Below are positions 18,967 through 27,784 of a stretch of DNA of 32,098 bases, in pieces. The position numbers and the translations under genes are program-made. The stretch is from Chitinophagales bacterium (GTDB taxonomy: Bacteria; Bacteroidota; Bacteroidia; Chitinophagales; BACL12), in assembly GCA_044448625.1 (NCBI GenBank), contig JBIOHA010000003.1, forward strand, positions 1-32,098, given 5' to 3'. The notes beneath the pieces were generated by a model. It saw only the letters and a list, made by a program, of their open reading frames with translations. It was not told where the DNA came from and searched no databases. The first letter of the stretch is position 1. Each line of letters starts with the position of its first letter.

Positions 18967-20193
18967 ATGGCTGACGAAATTCAATCGATAAAACAACGTT
19001 TTGGAATAATTGGAAATGCGCCTGAATTAAATTATGCATTAAGCATTGCTTCGCGTGTGGCTCCAACTAATCTCACTGTATTAATTACCGGTGAGAGTGG
19101 TGTAGGAAAAGAAATTTTCTCGCATATTATTCACCAGTTCTCACCGCGAAAACATGGACCCTTCATTGCTGTGAACTGCGGTGCTATTCCCGAAGGAACA
19201 ATTGATTCAGAATTATTTGGTCACGTTAAGGGATCATTTACCAATGCGCATGAGGACAGAAAAGGATATTTTGAAACAGTAAATGGCGGTACAATTTTTT
19301 TGGATGAGATCGGCGAACTTCCGCTGGGAACACAAGCCAGATTATTACGTGTATTGGAAGCCGGTGAATTTTTGAGGGTGGGTTCATCAAAAGTACAGAA
19401 AACAGATGTTCGGGTAGTGGCAGCAACCAACGTGGACCTGCACAGGCTGATAGAAGCAGGCAGGTTCAGGGAGGACCTTTTTTACAGGTTGAGCACGGTG
19501 CCAATTTATGTTCCACCATTGCGAGAAAGGAAAGAAGATATCTATCTCCTGTTTAGAAAATTTGCGAGCGATTTTGCAGAGAAATACAGAACGCCGGGTA
19601 TTGCGCTTTCAGAAGATGCCGTTGAACTTTTACAGCGTTATTCATGGCCGGGAAATATCAGGGAATTAAAAAATATTGCAGAACAGGTTTCCGTTCTCTC
19701 GAAGGATAAAGAGGTTACTGGTGATGAATTTTCTCAATTCATTCCCGTTGTGCGCCAAACAAATTTACCGATGATCTCAAAAAATAATTCTGAATTAAAT
19801 GAACGTGAGATCCTGTATAAGGTATTGTTTGATATGAAAAGAGATCTTCATGATTTAAAGCAATTTGTTTTGCACATGGCCGATGCCAATGAATTAAAAA
19901 CAGTAATACCGGCGGGATCAGAATTATTTGAGAATGGAATACACGATATGCAAAATCACGAACAACTATCGCAACCTGAAATTATCTCAAAGCAACCTTT
20001 TGTGATCAACTCGTCGAGCACACACGTTCACGAGGAGGTGGAAGAATCGCTGTCATTAATTGATAAAGAAAAAGAATTAATTCAAAAAGCATTGAGCAAG
20101 CACAAAGGCAAAAGAAAAGATGCCGCTCTCGACCTTGGAATTTCAGAACGTACTTTATACAGGAAAATAAAAGAATACAAAATTGATGAATAG
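18967..20193 (+). CDS. Sigma54-interaction (bEBP-type) AAA+ ATPase with Fis-type HTH and no N-terminal sensor domain
   Basis: GESGVGKE, ELFGHVKGSFTNA, FLDEIG, FREDLFYRL, WPGNIRELKN, LGISERTLYRKIKEY. Confidence 0.93.
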   Translation: MADEIQSIKQRFGIIGNAPELNYALSIASRVAPTNLTVLITGESGVGKEIFSHIIHQFSPRKHGPFIAVNCGAIPEGTIDSELFGHVKGSFTNAHEDRKGYFETVNGGTIFLDEIGELPLGTQARLLRVLEAGEFLRVGSSKVQKTDVRVVAATNVDLHRLIEAGRFREDLFYRLSTVPIYVPPLRERKEDIYLLFRKFASDFAEKYRTPGIALSEDAVELLQRYSWPGNIRELKNIAEQVSVLSKDKEVTGDEFSQFIPVVRQTNLPMISKNNSELNEREILYKVLFDMKRDLHDLKQFVLHMADANELKTVIPAGSELFENGIHDMQNHEQLSQPEIISKQPFVINSSSTHVHEEVEESLSLIDKEKELIQKALSKHKGKRKDAALDLGISERTLYRKIKEYKIDE

Positions 20194-20698
20194 AATCATA
20201 GTTATTAAATTATTTTCCCCGCTGTTATTTATAATGTTGTTATCGGCAACATGCAACCTCTCATTGAGCGGTACGCAAATTCCCATTGATGTAAAAACGA
20301 TCACTATCAATTATTTTCCCAATCAATCAAATTTTGTTGCACCATCACTGAGCCAGACATTTACAGAATCGCTAAAGGATAAATTTTTAAGAGAATCTAA
20401 TTTAACTTTAGCGGATGAGCGGGGTGACTGGGAACTGAGCGGTGCCATTACACGGTATGAAAGCACACCGATAGCGCCCACCGGAAATGAGACCACGGCA
20501 TTAAACAGGTTGTCGATAACAGTTAAAGTTGACTTTGTAAGCAGAAAAGATGAAACCACTAACTGGAACCAAACTTTTGTGCGATATGAGGACTTTGAAA
20601 GCACTCAAACTTTGTCGCAGGTGGAAGGTGACTTGTTGCCAAAATTGTCGGAACAACTGGCAGATGACATTTATCAAAAATTAACACAAAACTGGTAA
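20186..20698 (+). CDS. lptE: LPS assembly lipoprotein LptE (Bacteroidota type)
   Basis: Signal peptide with Cys (SATC), TITINYFPN, FTESLKDKF, LSGAITRY, NRLSITVKV, C-terminal DIY...NW, and conserved position after the sigma54-type ATPase. Confidence 0.8.
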   Translation: MNRIIVIKLFSPLLFIMLLSATCNLSLSGTQIPIDVKTITINYFPNQSNFVAPSLSQTFTESLKDKFLRESNLTLADERGDWELSGAITRYESTPIAPTGNETTALNRLSITVKVDFVSRKDETTNWNQTFVRYEDFESTQTLSQVEGDLLPKLSEQLADDIYQKLTQNW

Positions 20699-22431
20699 TG
20701 TTTCAGGAAGAATTTAATAAAATAGTATCCGACCAAAATGAATTGCTTGAATTAGAACTTGCCGATGTGAGGGCTATTTGCGAGCGATATCCTTATTGCC
20801 AGGTTGCCCAGGTGCTTTACGCGAAAAAACTGCATATCATCAATAATCCCCAGTTTGAAAACCAAATTAAAAAAGCTGCGGCCAATGTATATGATCGGAC
20901 GATCTTATTTAAATTGATAGAAAAAACGATTCTTAATAAATCTATTCCGGCAGGGTATGATGATGAACATGAAAACACAGAAAAGTACAATCGCAATGAA
21001 ATTGAACCCGGTGTTGGGGAAGAAGAGTTGAGCAAAGATATAGATCAGGAAATAATTAATGAAGCGCAAGACAAATCAATTCCTGAAATAGAAATTGCGG
21101 CGGTTAATGAAACGGTTATAAGTATTCCGGAGCAGGATGTTAATATTGAAAAGGTATATGAGATAATCCCAGAAGAAAAAGGTGAACTCATTGATGAAGA
21201 GATCATTCAAAATATAGAACAAATAATTAATGCTGAACATTTAATTCCTGAAATTGATAATTTGAACGTGGCGGATGATATTGATCCGGAAAAGGTGGTG
21301 GAAGAATTTATTCTGGATAATTTAATTGATGAAGAAGAATCCGAATTCCCGGATATTGAAGCTGAAGCATCAGCCAGAGAAAAAGCGGCGGAAATAGAAG
21401 GAGTACATGAAACGATCATGGAAAGTGTCCCTGAACTGACAGATGAAAAAGAACTGGAACAGGAGATACCATTAATTCGGGAACAGGAAGAAAAATTGAT
21501 TCTTGCGGAAGAGGAAGCCATTGCTAATTTGAACGAGAACATCCAAAATGAAGAATCGCTCGAATTTGATAATGGCGCTGAAATATATGATAACGCTGTT
21601 ACCAATTTAGTGGCAGATCTTATCAGGGAGGAATGGGATGAAGTGCAAAATGAAAATGCCGATGATGGTCAGCGGGACCAGAGTGAAATTATTATTGACG
21701 AGACAGTATCTGAAATTACCGATTATGATGTGAACAGCGTGACAGAAGAAATTCATGAAACTGTTTTGGAAAGCATTCCCGAATTGGAGGTTGAAAAAGA
21801 CATTGATATTCCGGAAAACGAGGTGGAAGAATTAATTATAGCAAGAGAAGAAGCAATAGAATCGTTGAATGAAATTAATTCCAACACAGAATCCCTCGAA
21901 GAAGAAGAGGTGGAACAAAGCGGTGAAATAAGAAATGATAAGGAGGAACCCTTATTCGATCTTCCTGCTTATGATATCGAACGCGAATTAGGGGCTTTAA
22001 AGGAAGATGAGATCGTAAGGATCAATATTCAGAAACCAGTTATTGAAGAAGAAAAGCCGGAAGAAGTTTATGCAGATTCTTTTGTGGGTTGGCTGAACAG
22101 GTTGAGTGGTGAATCGAAAGGAAGGCTGGTAATATCGAGAGAGAGCAACAAACCGATCAAATTATATCGGAAGCCGCCGCAACAGGATGCAGAAAGCAAC
22201 CAAGGTGTTAAGCCTGAAAAGGTAATCTCGGAACTTTACGCCGCCGAGCTGGCAAAAAAAAGCCTTGAATCCAACGAGAACCTGGCAACTGAAACACTGG
22301 CCCGAATACTTGTTATGCAAGGCAAGTATCCAAAAGCGATAGAGATGTATTCTCGGTTAAGTTTGCTAAAGCCCAAAAAAAGCGATTACTTTGCAGCTTT
22401 AATAGACCAGATAAAAAAACGGATAAAATAA
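20698..22431 (+). CDS. Conserved hypothetical protein with TPR-like N- and C-terminal ends and a very long acidic linker
   Basis: N-terminal YPYCQ.AQ.L; C-terminal ATETLARILVMQGKY.KAI..Y..LSL..PKKSDYFA; E/D/I-rich central region. Confidence 0.8.
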   Translation: MFQEEFNKIVSDQNELLELELADVRAICERYPYCQVAQVLYAKKLHIINNPQFENQIKKAAANVYDRTILFKLIEKTILNKSIPAGYDDEHENTEKYNRNEIEPGVGEEELSKDIDQEIINEAQDKSIPEIEIAAVNETVISIPEQDVNIEKVYEIIPEEKGELIDEEIIQNIEQIINAEHLIPEIDNLNVADDIDPEKVVEEFILDNLIDEEESEFPDIEAEASAREKAAEIEGVHETIMESVPELTDEKELEQEIPLIREQEEKLILAEEEAIANLNENIQNEESLEFDNGAEIYDNAVTNLVADLIREEWDEVQNENADDGQRDQSEIIIDETVSEITDYDVNSVTEEIHETVLESIPELEVEKDIDIPENEVEELIIAREEAIESLNEINSNTESLEEEEVEQSGEIRNDKEEPLFDLPAYDIERELGALKEDEIVRINIQKPVIEEEKPEEVYADSFVGWLNRLSGESKGRLVISRESNKPIKLYRKPPQQDAESNQGVKPEKVISELYAAELAKKSLESNENLATETLARILVMQGKYPKAIEMYSRLSLLKPKKSDYFAALIDQIKKRIK

Positions 22432-22432
22432 A

Positions 22433-22813
22433 ATGCTATTTACAATAATAATCATCGTCGCTATCGTTTTCGCAGTTTTTCTCGGACTTATCGTTCTCAT
22501 TCAAAACCCGAAAGGGGGTGGATTATCGGGAACATTTGGTGGGGCTGCCAACCAGATCTTCGGCTATAAAAGAACAACCGATGATATTGAAAAAATAACC
22601 TGGGGACTTGTTATCATTTTATTCGCACTTTGTTTAAGCTCTGCCGCCTTAAAACCAGGCGAATCGCAAACTGCGCCAAATGGCCTTGGCCCTGAAGCAA
22701 AGCCTTTAACTACAAGTCCAGTTCAGCCAAACCAGGATGATAATGCCGGCACACTGGATCCAACAGAAGGAGAAGGTGCTACAACTGGTGGGACAGAGGA
22801 TCCTAATAAATAA
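22433..22813 (+). CDS. secG: Preprotein translocase subunit SecG
   Basis: Two TM helices, VLIQNPKGGGLSGTFGG, G...T.D.IEKITW. Confidence 0.95.
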   Translation: MLFTIIIIVAIVFAVFLGLIVLIQNPKGGGLSGTFGGAANQIFGYKRTTDDIEKITWGLVIILFALCLSSAALKPGESQTAPNGLGPEAKPLTTSPVQPNQDDNAGTLDPTEGEGATTGGTEDPNK

Positions 22814-22835
22814 GAACATCCAAATAAATAATTTG

Positions 22836-22860
22836 AAGCACCTCAAGGTGCTTTTATTAT
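22836..22860 (+). terminator. Intrinsic terminator after secG
   Basis: AAGCACC-TCAA-GGTGCTT stem-loop followed by a T-rich tract. Confidence 0.75.
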
Positions 22861-22891
22861 GCCGTTTTTTTTGTAGCAGAATAGCCTCTTC

Positions 22892-23146
22892 GTGCAATTT
22901 TTCATCTACTCCGAAAAATTTTAAGCCACGGATAACACAGATGAACACGGATTTTGGGATTGATGCAGGAATATCAATCAAAATCAAGACTACCTCTGCG
23001 AGCTCTGCGGTCTCTGTGTGCAATTTTATAATTATTCCCAAAAGATTTAAGCCACGGATAACACAGATGAACACGGATTTTGGGATTGGAGCAGGAATAT
23101 TAATCAAAATCAAGTTTTCCTCTGCGAGCTCTGCGGTCTCTGTGTG
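22892..23146. repeat. Two tandem copies of a 126-bp REP/BIME-like imperfect palindromic unit
   Basis: TTAAGCCACGGATAACACAGATGAACACGGATTTTGGGATTG occurs at 22921 and 23047. CCTCTGCGAGCTCTGCGGTCTCTGTGTG closes each unit. Confidence 0.9.
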
Positions 23147-23253
23147 AAACTTTTCACGTTTACCCAAAAAAAATCCCGGTGATTTTTTGAGAAAACAAAT
23201 AGATGGAGTTGGGGTTATTTCAGCTGAGGCGATTTATAGCAGAAAAGAAACCC

Positions 23254-23988
23254 TCACACGTTTCCACTTGTGCGATTTGAATTATCGAGGTAGCGGACAA
23301 ACTTTTTTTTGGCAAGTGGGAATATCGTTTCCTGAAACGGGTAAATGATATTATAATTGATTGCATAAGTAGCCGGGTTTGGAATATTAGTATTTTTTTT
23401 GATCAGGTCACTTTTTATTGCTTCATTATAATTATAAAGTTTATTTGGATAGGAATCAACGAACATCGTTTTGATTCCCCTGTGTTTTTCAAAATGGTTT
23501 TCGATAATACTCAACTCATAAAAGAAAACATGGGTTGATGAATAATTATTTGTTCTGAAAATTAAATAACCCTCATTGGTATAAATAGGAACAATTCCTA
23601 CCGGTTCAATTTCAAGTTCATTGTCTGCGTAAAAATAGATTTCTTTAGCAATATCAATATGCGCTTCAATTCTCGGTATTGCATAGTTCACAATTTTAAG
23701 GATCACATCAAGATGCTCATTGTCGTGCATGATATGTTCATACTCAATTTTAAATTGCTCAAGATCCAACTTTGAAATCTTTTTCGGCAATATTTCATCA
23801 GCGATCTTTTTATTTTGTTTTATTGCAATAAGGTTATTGTATTGTGCAATGAGGTCAGGTAAAAATGGATAGATCTTTTTTTCATCAAATTGCTTATTTA
23901 TTGATTGCAGGTAGGCGAGGAGCAAATATTTTTTGTATTCAAGGTCAAGCAATCCTTCTGTTACCCAGTTTGAATTTAATGAGGTCAT
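23254..23988 (-). CDS. Conserved Bacteroidota hypothetical protein
   Basis: W.TEG..D.EYKKY.LLAYLQ, IEPVGIVPIY.NEGY, PNPATY, P.QETIFP.AKK motifs; 244-aa ORF. Confidence 0.75.
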   Translation of the reverse strand: MTSLNSNWVTEGLLDLEYKKYLLLAYLQSINKQFDEKKIYPFLPDLIAQYNNLIAIKQNKKIADEILPKKISKLDLEQFKIEYEHIMHDNEHLDVILKIVNYAIPRIEAHIDIAKEIYFYADNELEIEPVGIVPIYTNEGYLIFRTNNYSSTHVFFYELSIIENHFEKHRGIKTMFVDSYPNKLYNYNEAIKSDLIKKNTNIPNPATYAINYNIIYPFQETIFPLAKKKFVRYLDNSNRTSGNV

Positions 23989-24005
23989 AGGTGTTAATTT
24001 AGGAA

Positions 24006-24557
24006 TTATTTATGCTTGTATTTCTTTTCATACTCCACAATTATACTTTCCAGTGTTGGATCATTTTCAGGATCATATCCTTCTTTCAGATCATAACCAT
24101 AAATCCTGCTGAGGTTTTGCCACCAAAAAGCGGTTGTTCCATTTTTTACTTCTTTTAAAATATCGTACATCGTTCTGCCGGTATTCCTTTCAATAATATC
24201 TATTAAAACTTCGCCCTGCGATTTTGAAAGGTTTTTTAATGTGCCTTCAAAATTATCACGCAATTTATCTTCAAGTTCTTTTTTATATTTTTTCTCATCT
24301 TTCTTTTTATCGAAACTTAGGGCGTTGAGTTCATTAAAATACATTACTGCTGTATCGGCATAAGGATATACTCTTTTCACTATGCCCTCGTAGCGCAAAA
24401 AATTATAGTTGTTCAGCGGCCTTGCACTGATGCTGAAGGTATCTAATTCAACAAAATAAATGGTATCGGTTTCGTCACCTTTGAACACAGAACCGATCTG
24501 TGCATTAGAATTCTGCAAAAAGCTAAGGGCGATAATTATACCAATGATCTTTTTCAT
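24006..24557 (-). CDS. DUF4294 family protein
   Basis: Signal peptide; VKRVYPYA, LKNLSKSQG.VLI..I.R.TG, AFWWQ...YGYDLKEGYDP..D..LE. Confidence 0.85.
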   Translation of the reverse strand: MKKIIGIIIALSFLQNSNAQIGSVFKGDETDTIYFVELDTFSISARPLNNYNFLRYEGIVKRVYPYADTAVMYFNELNALSFDKKKDEKKYKKELEDKLRDNFEGTLKNLSKSQGEVLIDIIERNTGRTMYDILKEVKNGTTAFWWQNLSRIYGYDLKEGYDPENDPTLESIIVEYEKKYKHK

Positions 24558-24586
24558 AATGGTGGTTATGCAAACGCTGTGCTAAT

Positions 24587-25762
24587 TCACTTCACCTTTA
24601 CAGGTTGCACCTTATCTGTATAGATATTCATGGTTCCGGTGGTGTTGTTCCAGGCTTTTTTTGTTTCACCGCTGTATTGTTTTTGAACAAAATCCGGTAA
24701 TGCGGGATCATTTTCGCCGAAAACAGGAAACACCATATGTAATTTTTTTACTTCACTCTTCCCCTTATAAACCCATGTTGGCACATAGTCGGTTCGCTCA
24801 ATCCTAATCTTATTGGTTTTAATATTTTTTTGGATATGGATGTTGATCACCACCCCTTCATCTGTATATTCATCCTGCTGGTTAGAAATAAAATTACCCA
24901 TCGAATAAGCCACAAAACCCGTATCCAGTTTTGCATTTTTTGTTGCGAAATAATTTACAGGTTGCAATACGTGTGGGTGACTTCCCAAAATAACATCAGC
25001 ACCGCAGTCGATAGCGTGATTGACAAAATCTTTCTGGTAACTGTTTGGGAGTCTTTCATATTCCTCACCAAAATGGTAAAAAACCACAACCAGTTCAGCA
25101 CCGGCTCCTCTTGAATTTATGATGTCGCGTTTTATAAGTGCTGAATCGCAAAAATTAACCAGCCATGGTTTGCCTTCTGCGAGATCAAGTCCATTTGTGG
25201 AATAGGTGTACGATAAAATAGAAATTTTAATTCCGCTGATGTTCATAATTCTAATTGAATCGCGGTCATTTTCTGAAACATAGGTTCCTGTATGTGGAAG
25301 GTGAAGCCCATCTAAAATGCCAATGGTTCTCAAAATCGCTTTCTCACCATTGTCATTTGCATGATTATTTGCCGTTACAATAAAATCAAATCCAATTTCT
25401 TTTATTGCGGTTGCATAATCATCAGGCGTATTAAAATAAGGATAACCGGAATAGGGAATACCGGTTCCTGCAAATGTAGTTTCAAGGTTGCCAATTAAAA
25501 GATCAGGGCTTTTTAACCAGGGCAGAATATATTCAAAGCAGGGAACAAAATTAAAACTGTCGGGCGCAACCCTTGCATAATTATATTGTGTGCTGTGGCA
25601 CATCAAATCGCCTACAGCAGAAATGGTAATATCGATAAGCGTATCTGTGCCAGTGGAATCTGCAGTAATACCACCTGTTCCGTTTGCCGGTGAGCTGCAT
25701 TTTGATTGCGTGAAAATTCCAGTAAGAGATAAAAGGAATAAAACAAGGCTAAATATTTTCAT
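24587..25762 (-). CDS. CapA/PgsA family metallophosphatase-fold protein
   Basis: AVGDLM, GNLET, TANNHAND, HFGEEY, GSHPHVLQ, YSMGNFIS, plus an N-terminal export signal. Likely start is ATG 25762. Confidence 0.9.
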   Translation of the reverse strand: MKIFSLVLFLLSLTGIFTQSKCSSPANGTGGITADSTGTDTLIDITISAVGDLMCHSTQYNYARVAPDSFNFVPCFEYILPWLKSPDLLIGNLETTFAGTGIPYSGYPYFNTPDDYATAIKEIGFDFIVTANNHANDNGEKAILRTIGILDGLHLPHTGTYVSENDRDSIRIMNISGIKISILSYTYSTNGLDLAEGKPWLVNFCDSALIKRDIINSRGAGAELVVVFYHFGEEYERLPNSYQKDFVNHAIDCGADVILGSHPHVLQPVNYFATKNAKLDTGFVAYSMGNFISNQQDEYTDEGVVINIHIQKNIKTNKIRIERTDYVPTWVYKGKSEVKKLHMVFPVFGENDPALPDFVQKQYSGETKKAWNNTTGTMNIYTDKVQPVKVK

Positions 25763-25788
25763 TGTTAAAACCGCGAAATGTTTTTTAT

Positions 25789-25986
25789 TCAATCTTTTCT
25801 TTTTTTAGAAACGAAGAATGAAATAACTGCTGCGAGCACAATAACGGTAAAAACAATTATTACGATATAAAACTGGGTCATGGTTCCTTCACCACCTGTC
25901 TGCGATTTTAGTGTGAGGCTCAGCAAATACATGAAATAAAATGACAAAAGACCTTTAACAGACCAGATGGAAGGTTTTATTCGCAT
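25789..25986 (-). CDS. Small membrane protein (65 aa)
   Basis: Two hydrophobic segments and a basic C-terminus (SKKRKD); fills the gap before the capA-like gene. Confidence 0.5.
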   Translation of the reverse strand: MRIKPSIWSVKGLLSFYFMYLLSLTLKSQTGGEGTMTQFYIVIIVFTVIVLAAVISFFVSKKRKD

Positions 25987-26082
25987 AAAAAGTAGGTTTT
26001 GCGGTTTCTAAGGTAAGCTATTTAGATACAAAACGCAACATGGCCCTGTTGATATTGTTTATAAATGTAAGTTGAGGGTCAT

Positions 26083-26113
26083 AAAATAAAAAAAGCTCCC
26101 GGTTTGGGAGCTT
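26083..26113 (-). terminator. Intrinsic terminator after the multicopper-oxidase-like gene
   Basis: AAGCTCCC-5nt-GGGAGCTT stem followed by a T tract on the minus strand, about 20 nt past the stop at 26135. Confidence 0.85.
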
Positions 26114-26134
26114 ATATGTTCGGTCCATAAATGG

Positions 26135-27691
26135 TTATACGATCTCGAAACTATTTATCATTCCGCTATCCGCCATTTCAAGATTTGTAGCGGTGAGATA
26201 ATATTTACCAGGCTCGTTTAAAAACGGCACTATCACTTTTACTGTCTCACCAGGAAGTGCGAGAATGGTGTCTTTCCATCCTTTTTCCCATGGTTTAATA
26301 ACTCCGCGTCCGCCGGTTCTTTCCAGTATCTGGCATTGAACACCATAAATATGGATCGCTACAGGCTCGTCGCCGTTGTCATTTTTTATGTTCCATACTT
26401 CGCTGCTGCCTGCAGGAACTGTGAAATTTATCACGCTGCTATCATAAGTATCTCCTTCAGCATCACCGTCTGAATTGATCTCATGCATATGCAGGGGATC
26501 AGCCACTGCTTTGTCTGCATTCAGATCTCCATTTTGCACATTGATCTCACGCACATCTAATCCAGCTTCAGTTAAAACAGGAATTGATGATAATGGACCC
26601 GGTATAGTGAAGGTTTCTGTTTGAACGGGTCCAATGATCTTGAACCGCATCATGTCGAAAGCCCCTTTTCCCTGGTAATCGCCTGCACCACTAAATACCT
26701 TGCTCTTGAAATTTACAACGGTATCAATTGGCAAATCACTGAAATCAACTAAAACATCTACGCGTTCACCCGGAGCAAGTAACACTGAAGTTACACCGGC
26801 TGAAGTTGCATCTAATAATCCACCATCGCCACCAATTACAGCCATTCCAATATCGTCAGTTGTCCCTGCATTATCCCACGTTAAACCGATATTATAGATC
26901 CTGGCAGTACTTGCGTTACATATCCTCAAACGATAAATTCTTGTATTCACTTCTTTTGTAGGAGCGTGAACACCGTTCACCAAAATTGTTTCACCTAAAT
27001 ATCCAACCATTTGTTCGGCAACACATGGTCCATAGAACATGGTATCTGATTCATTAAAGCGTTTGTCCTGGAGTACGATGAAAACTTCCCGGGTGCCTGA
27101 AGGTAAATTCAATGCACCTTCTTCGGCATCTTCCACCATGAATAATCCACCTAGTCCAATTGCCACCTGCTTGCCTGTAACTTTATCATATTGCGGATGA
27201 TACCAATATAAGCCGGCACGATTGTTCACCTGGAAATTATAATTGGTGCTACCTGGATACGGCACTGCCTCATCAACGCCTTCTTCGCTGGTAGAAGGAA
27301 TTGTCAATCCATGAAAATGTACGTTGGTAACATCCTGGAGGCTATTTTCAAAACTGATATTTGCAGTTTGGCCTTTTGTTAACTTGAGCGTAGGCCCCCA
27401 AATCATGGTATCACTATAACCGTAACAAAATGTGCTGTTAATGCCTTTAAGGTGGAGGTAATTTTTATAAGCTCCTATTGATGCGGCTGTCGCTACTTTA
27501 AAAGGAAGGTCGCTAAAAACATTTACCCATTCTTCGTCTGGTGGTACCAATACCTGTAAACCGCCAACGGTCCCAAAACCGAGGTCGATCGGTTTCCCTG
27601 TAGCATCGCAACTGGCGAGAAATACAGCAGGAGTTACCGCCACAGCTGTGCTACCTAAAAGTGTGTTTCTTAAAAATAGTCTTCTGTTCAT
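26135..27691 (-). CDS. Three-domain multicopper-oxidase-fold (CueO/SufI-like) Tat lipoprotein with degenerate copper ligands
   Basis: MNRRLFL twin-arginine signal and LASC lipobox; GPTL, VHFHG, YWYHPQ, GLGGLF.V, YRLRICNAS.AR.Y, GDGGLL, LAPGERVDV.VDF, WKDT....PGE. Confidence 0.88.
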   Translation of the reverse strand: MNRRLFLRNTLLGSTAVAVTPAVFLASCDATGKPIDLGFGTVGGLQVLVPPDEEWVNVFSDLPFKVATAASIGAYKNYLHLKGINSTFCYGYSDTMIWGPTLKLTKGQTANISFENSLQDVTNVHFHGLTIPSTSEEGVDEAVPYPGSTNYNFQVNNRAGLYWYHPQYDKVTGKQVAIGLGGLFMVEDAEEGALNLPSGTREVFIVLQDKRFNESDTMFYGPCVAEQMVGYLGETILVNGVHAPTKEVNTRIYRLRICNASTARIYNIGLTWDNAGTTDDIGMAVIGGDGGLLDATSAGVTSVLLAPGERVDVLVDFSDLPIDTVVNFKSKVFSGAGDYQGKGAFDMMRFKIIGPVQTETFTIPGPLSSIPVLTEAGLDVREINVQNGDLNADKAVADPLHMHEINSDGDAEGDTYDSSVINFTVPAGSSEVWNIKNDNGDEPVAIHIYGVQCQILERTGGRGVIKPWEKGWKDTILALPGETVKVIVPFLNEPGKYYLTATNLEMADSGMINSFEIV

Positions 27692-27784
27692 CTTTGTAAA
27701 AGTTTATTGGTTAATACATTAATAATTAATAAAATTGCCCATATGTATGAATGCATGCAACGGTAAAACCGGTATTAAAATGTG

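Noticed and set aside
21207-21605. Ser-rich antisense ORF, and similar short antisense ORFs such as 665-1000, 6402-6803, 9057-9422 and 13305-13559
   Set aside because: They are shadows of well-supported genes on the opposite strand and carry no recognisable motifs.
22892-23146. Possible CRISPR array
   Set aside because: Only two units, the intervening sequences are similar to each other rather than unique spacers, the period is too long, and there are no cas genes.
22706-23167. ORFs 22706-23167 (-) and 22737-23147 (+) with duplicated peptides
   Set aside because: They are by-products of the 126-bp (42-codon) DNA repeat. Both overlap secG and cross its terminator.
26135-27691. Annotation as an active laccase or cueO
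   Set aside because: The HCH motif and type-1 copper ligands are absent.
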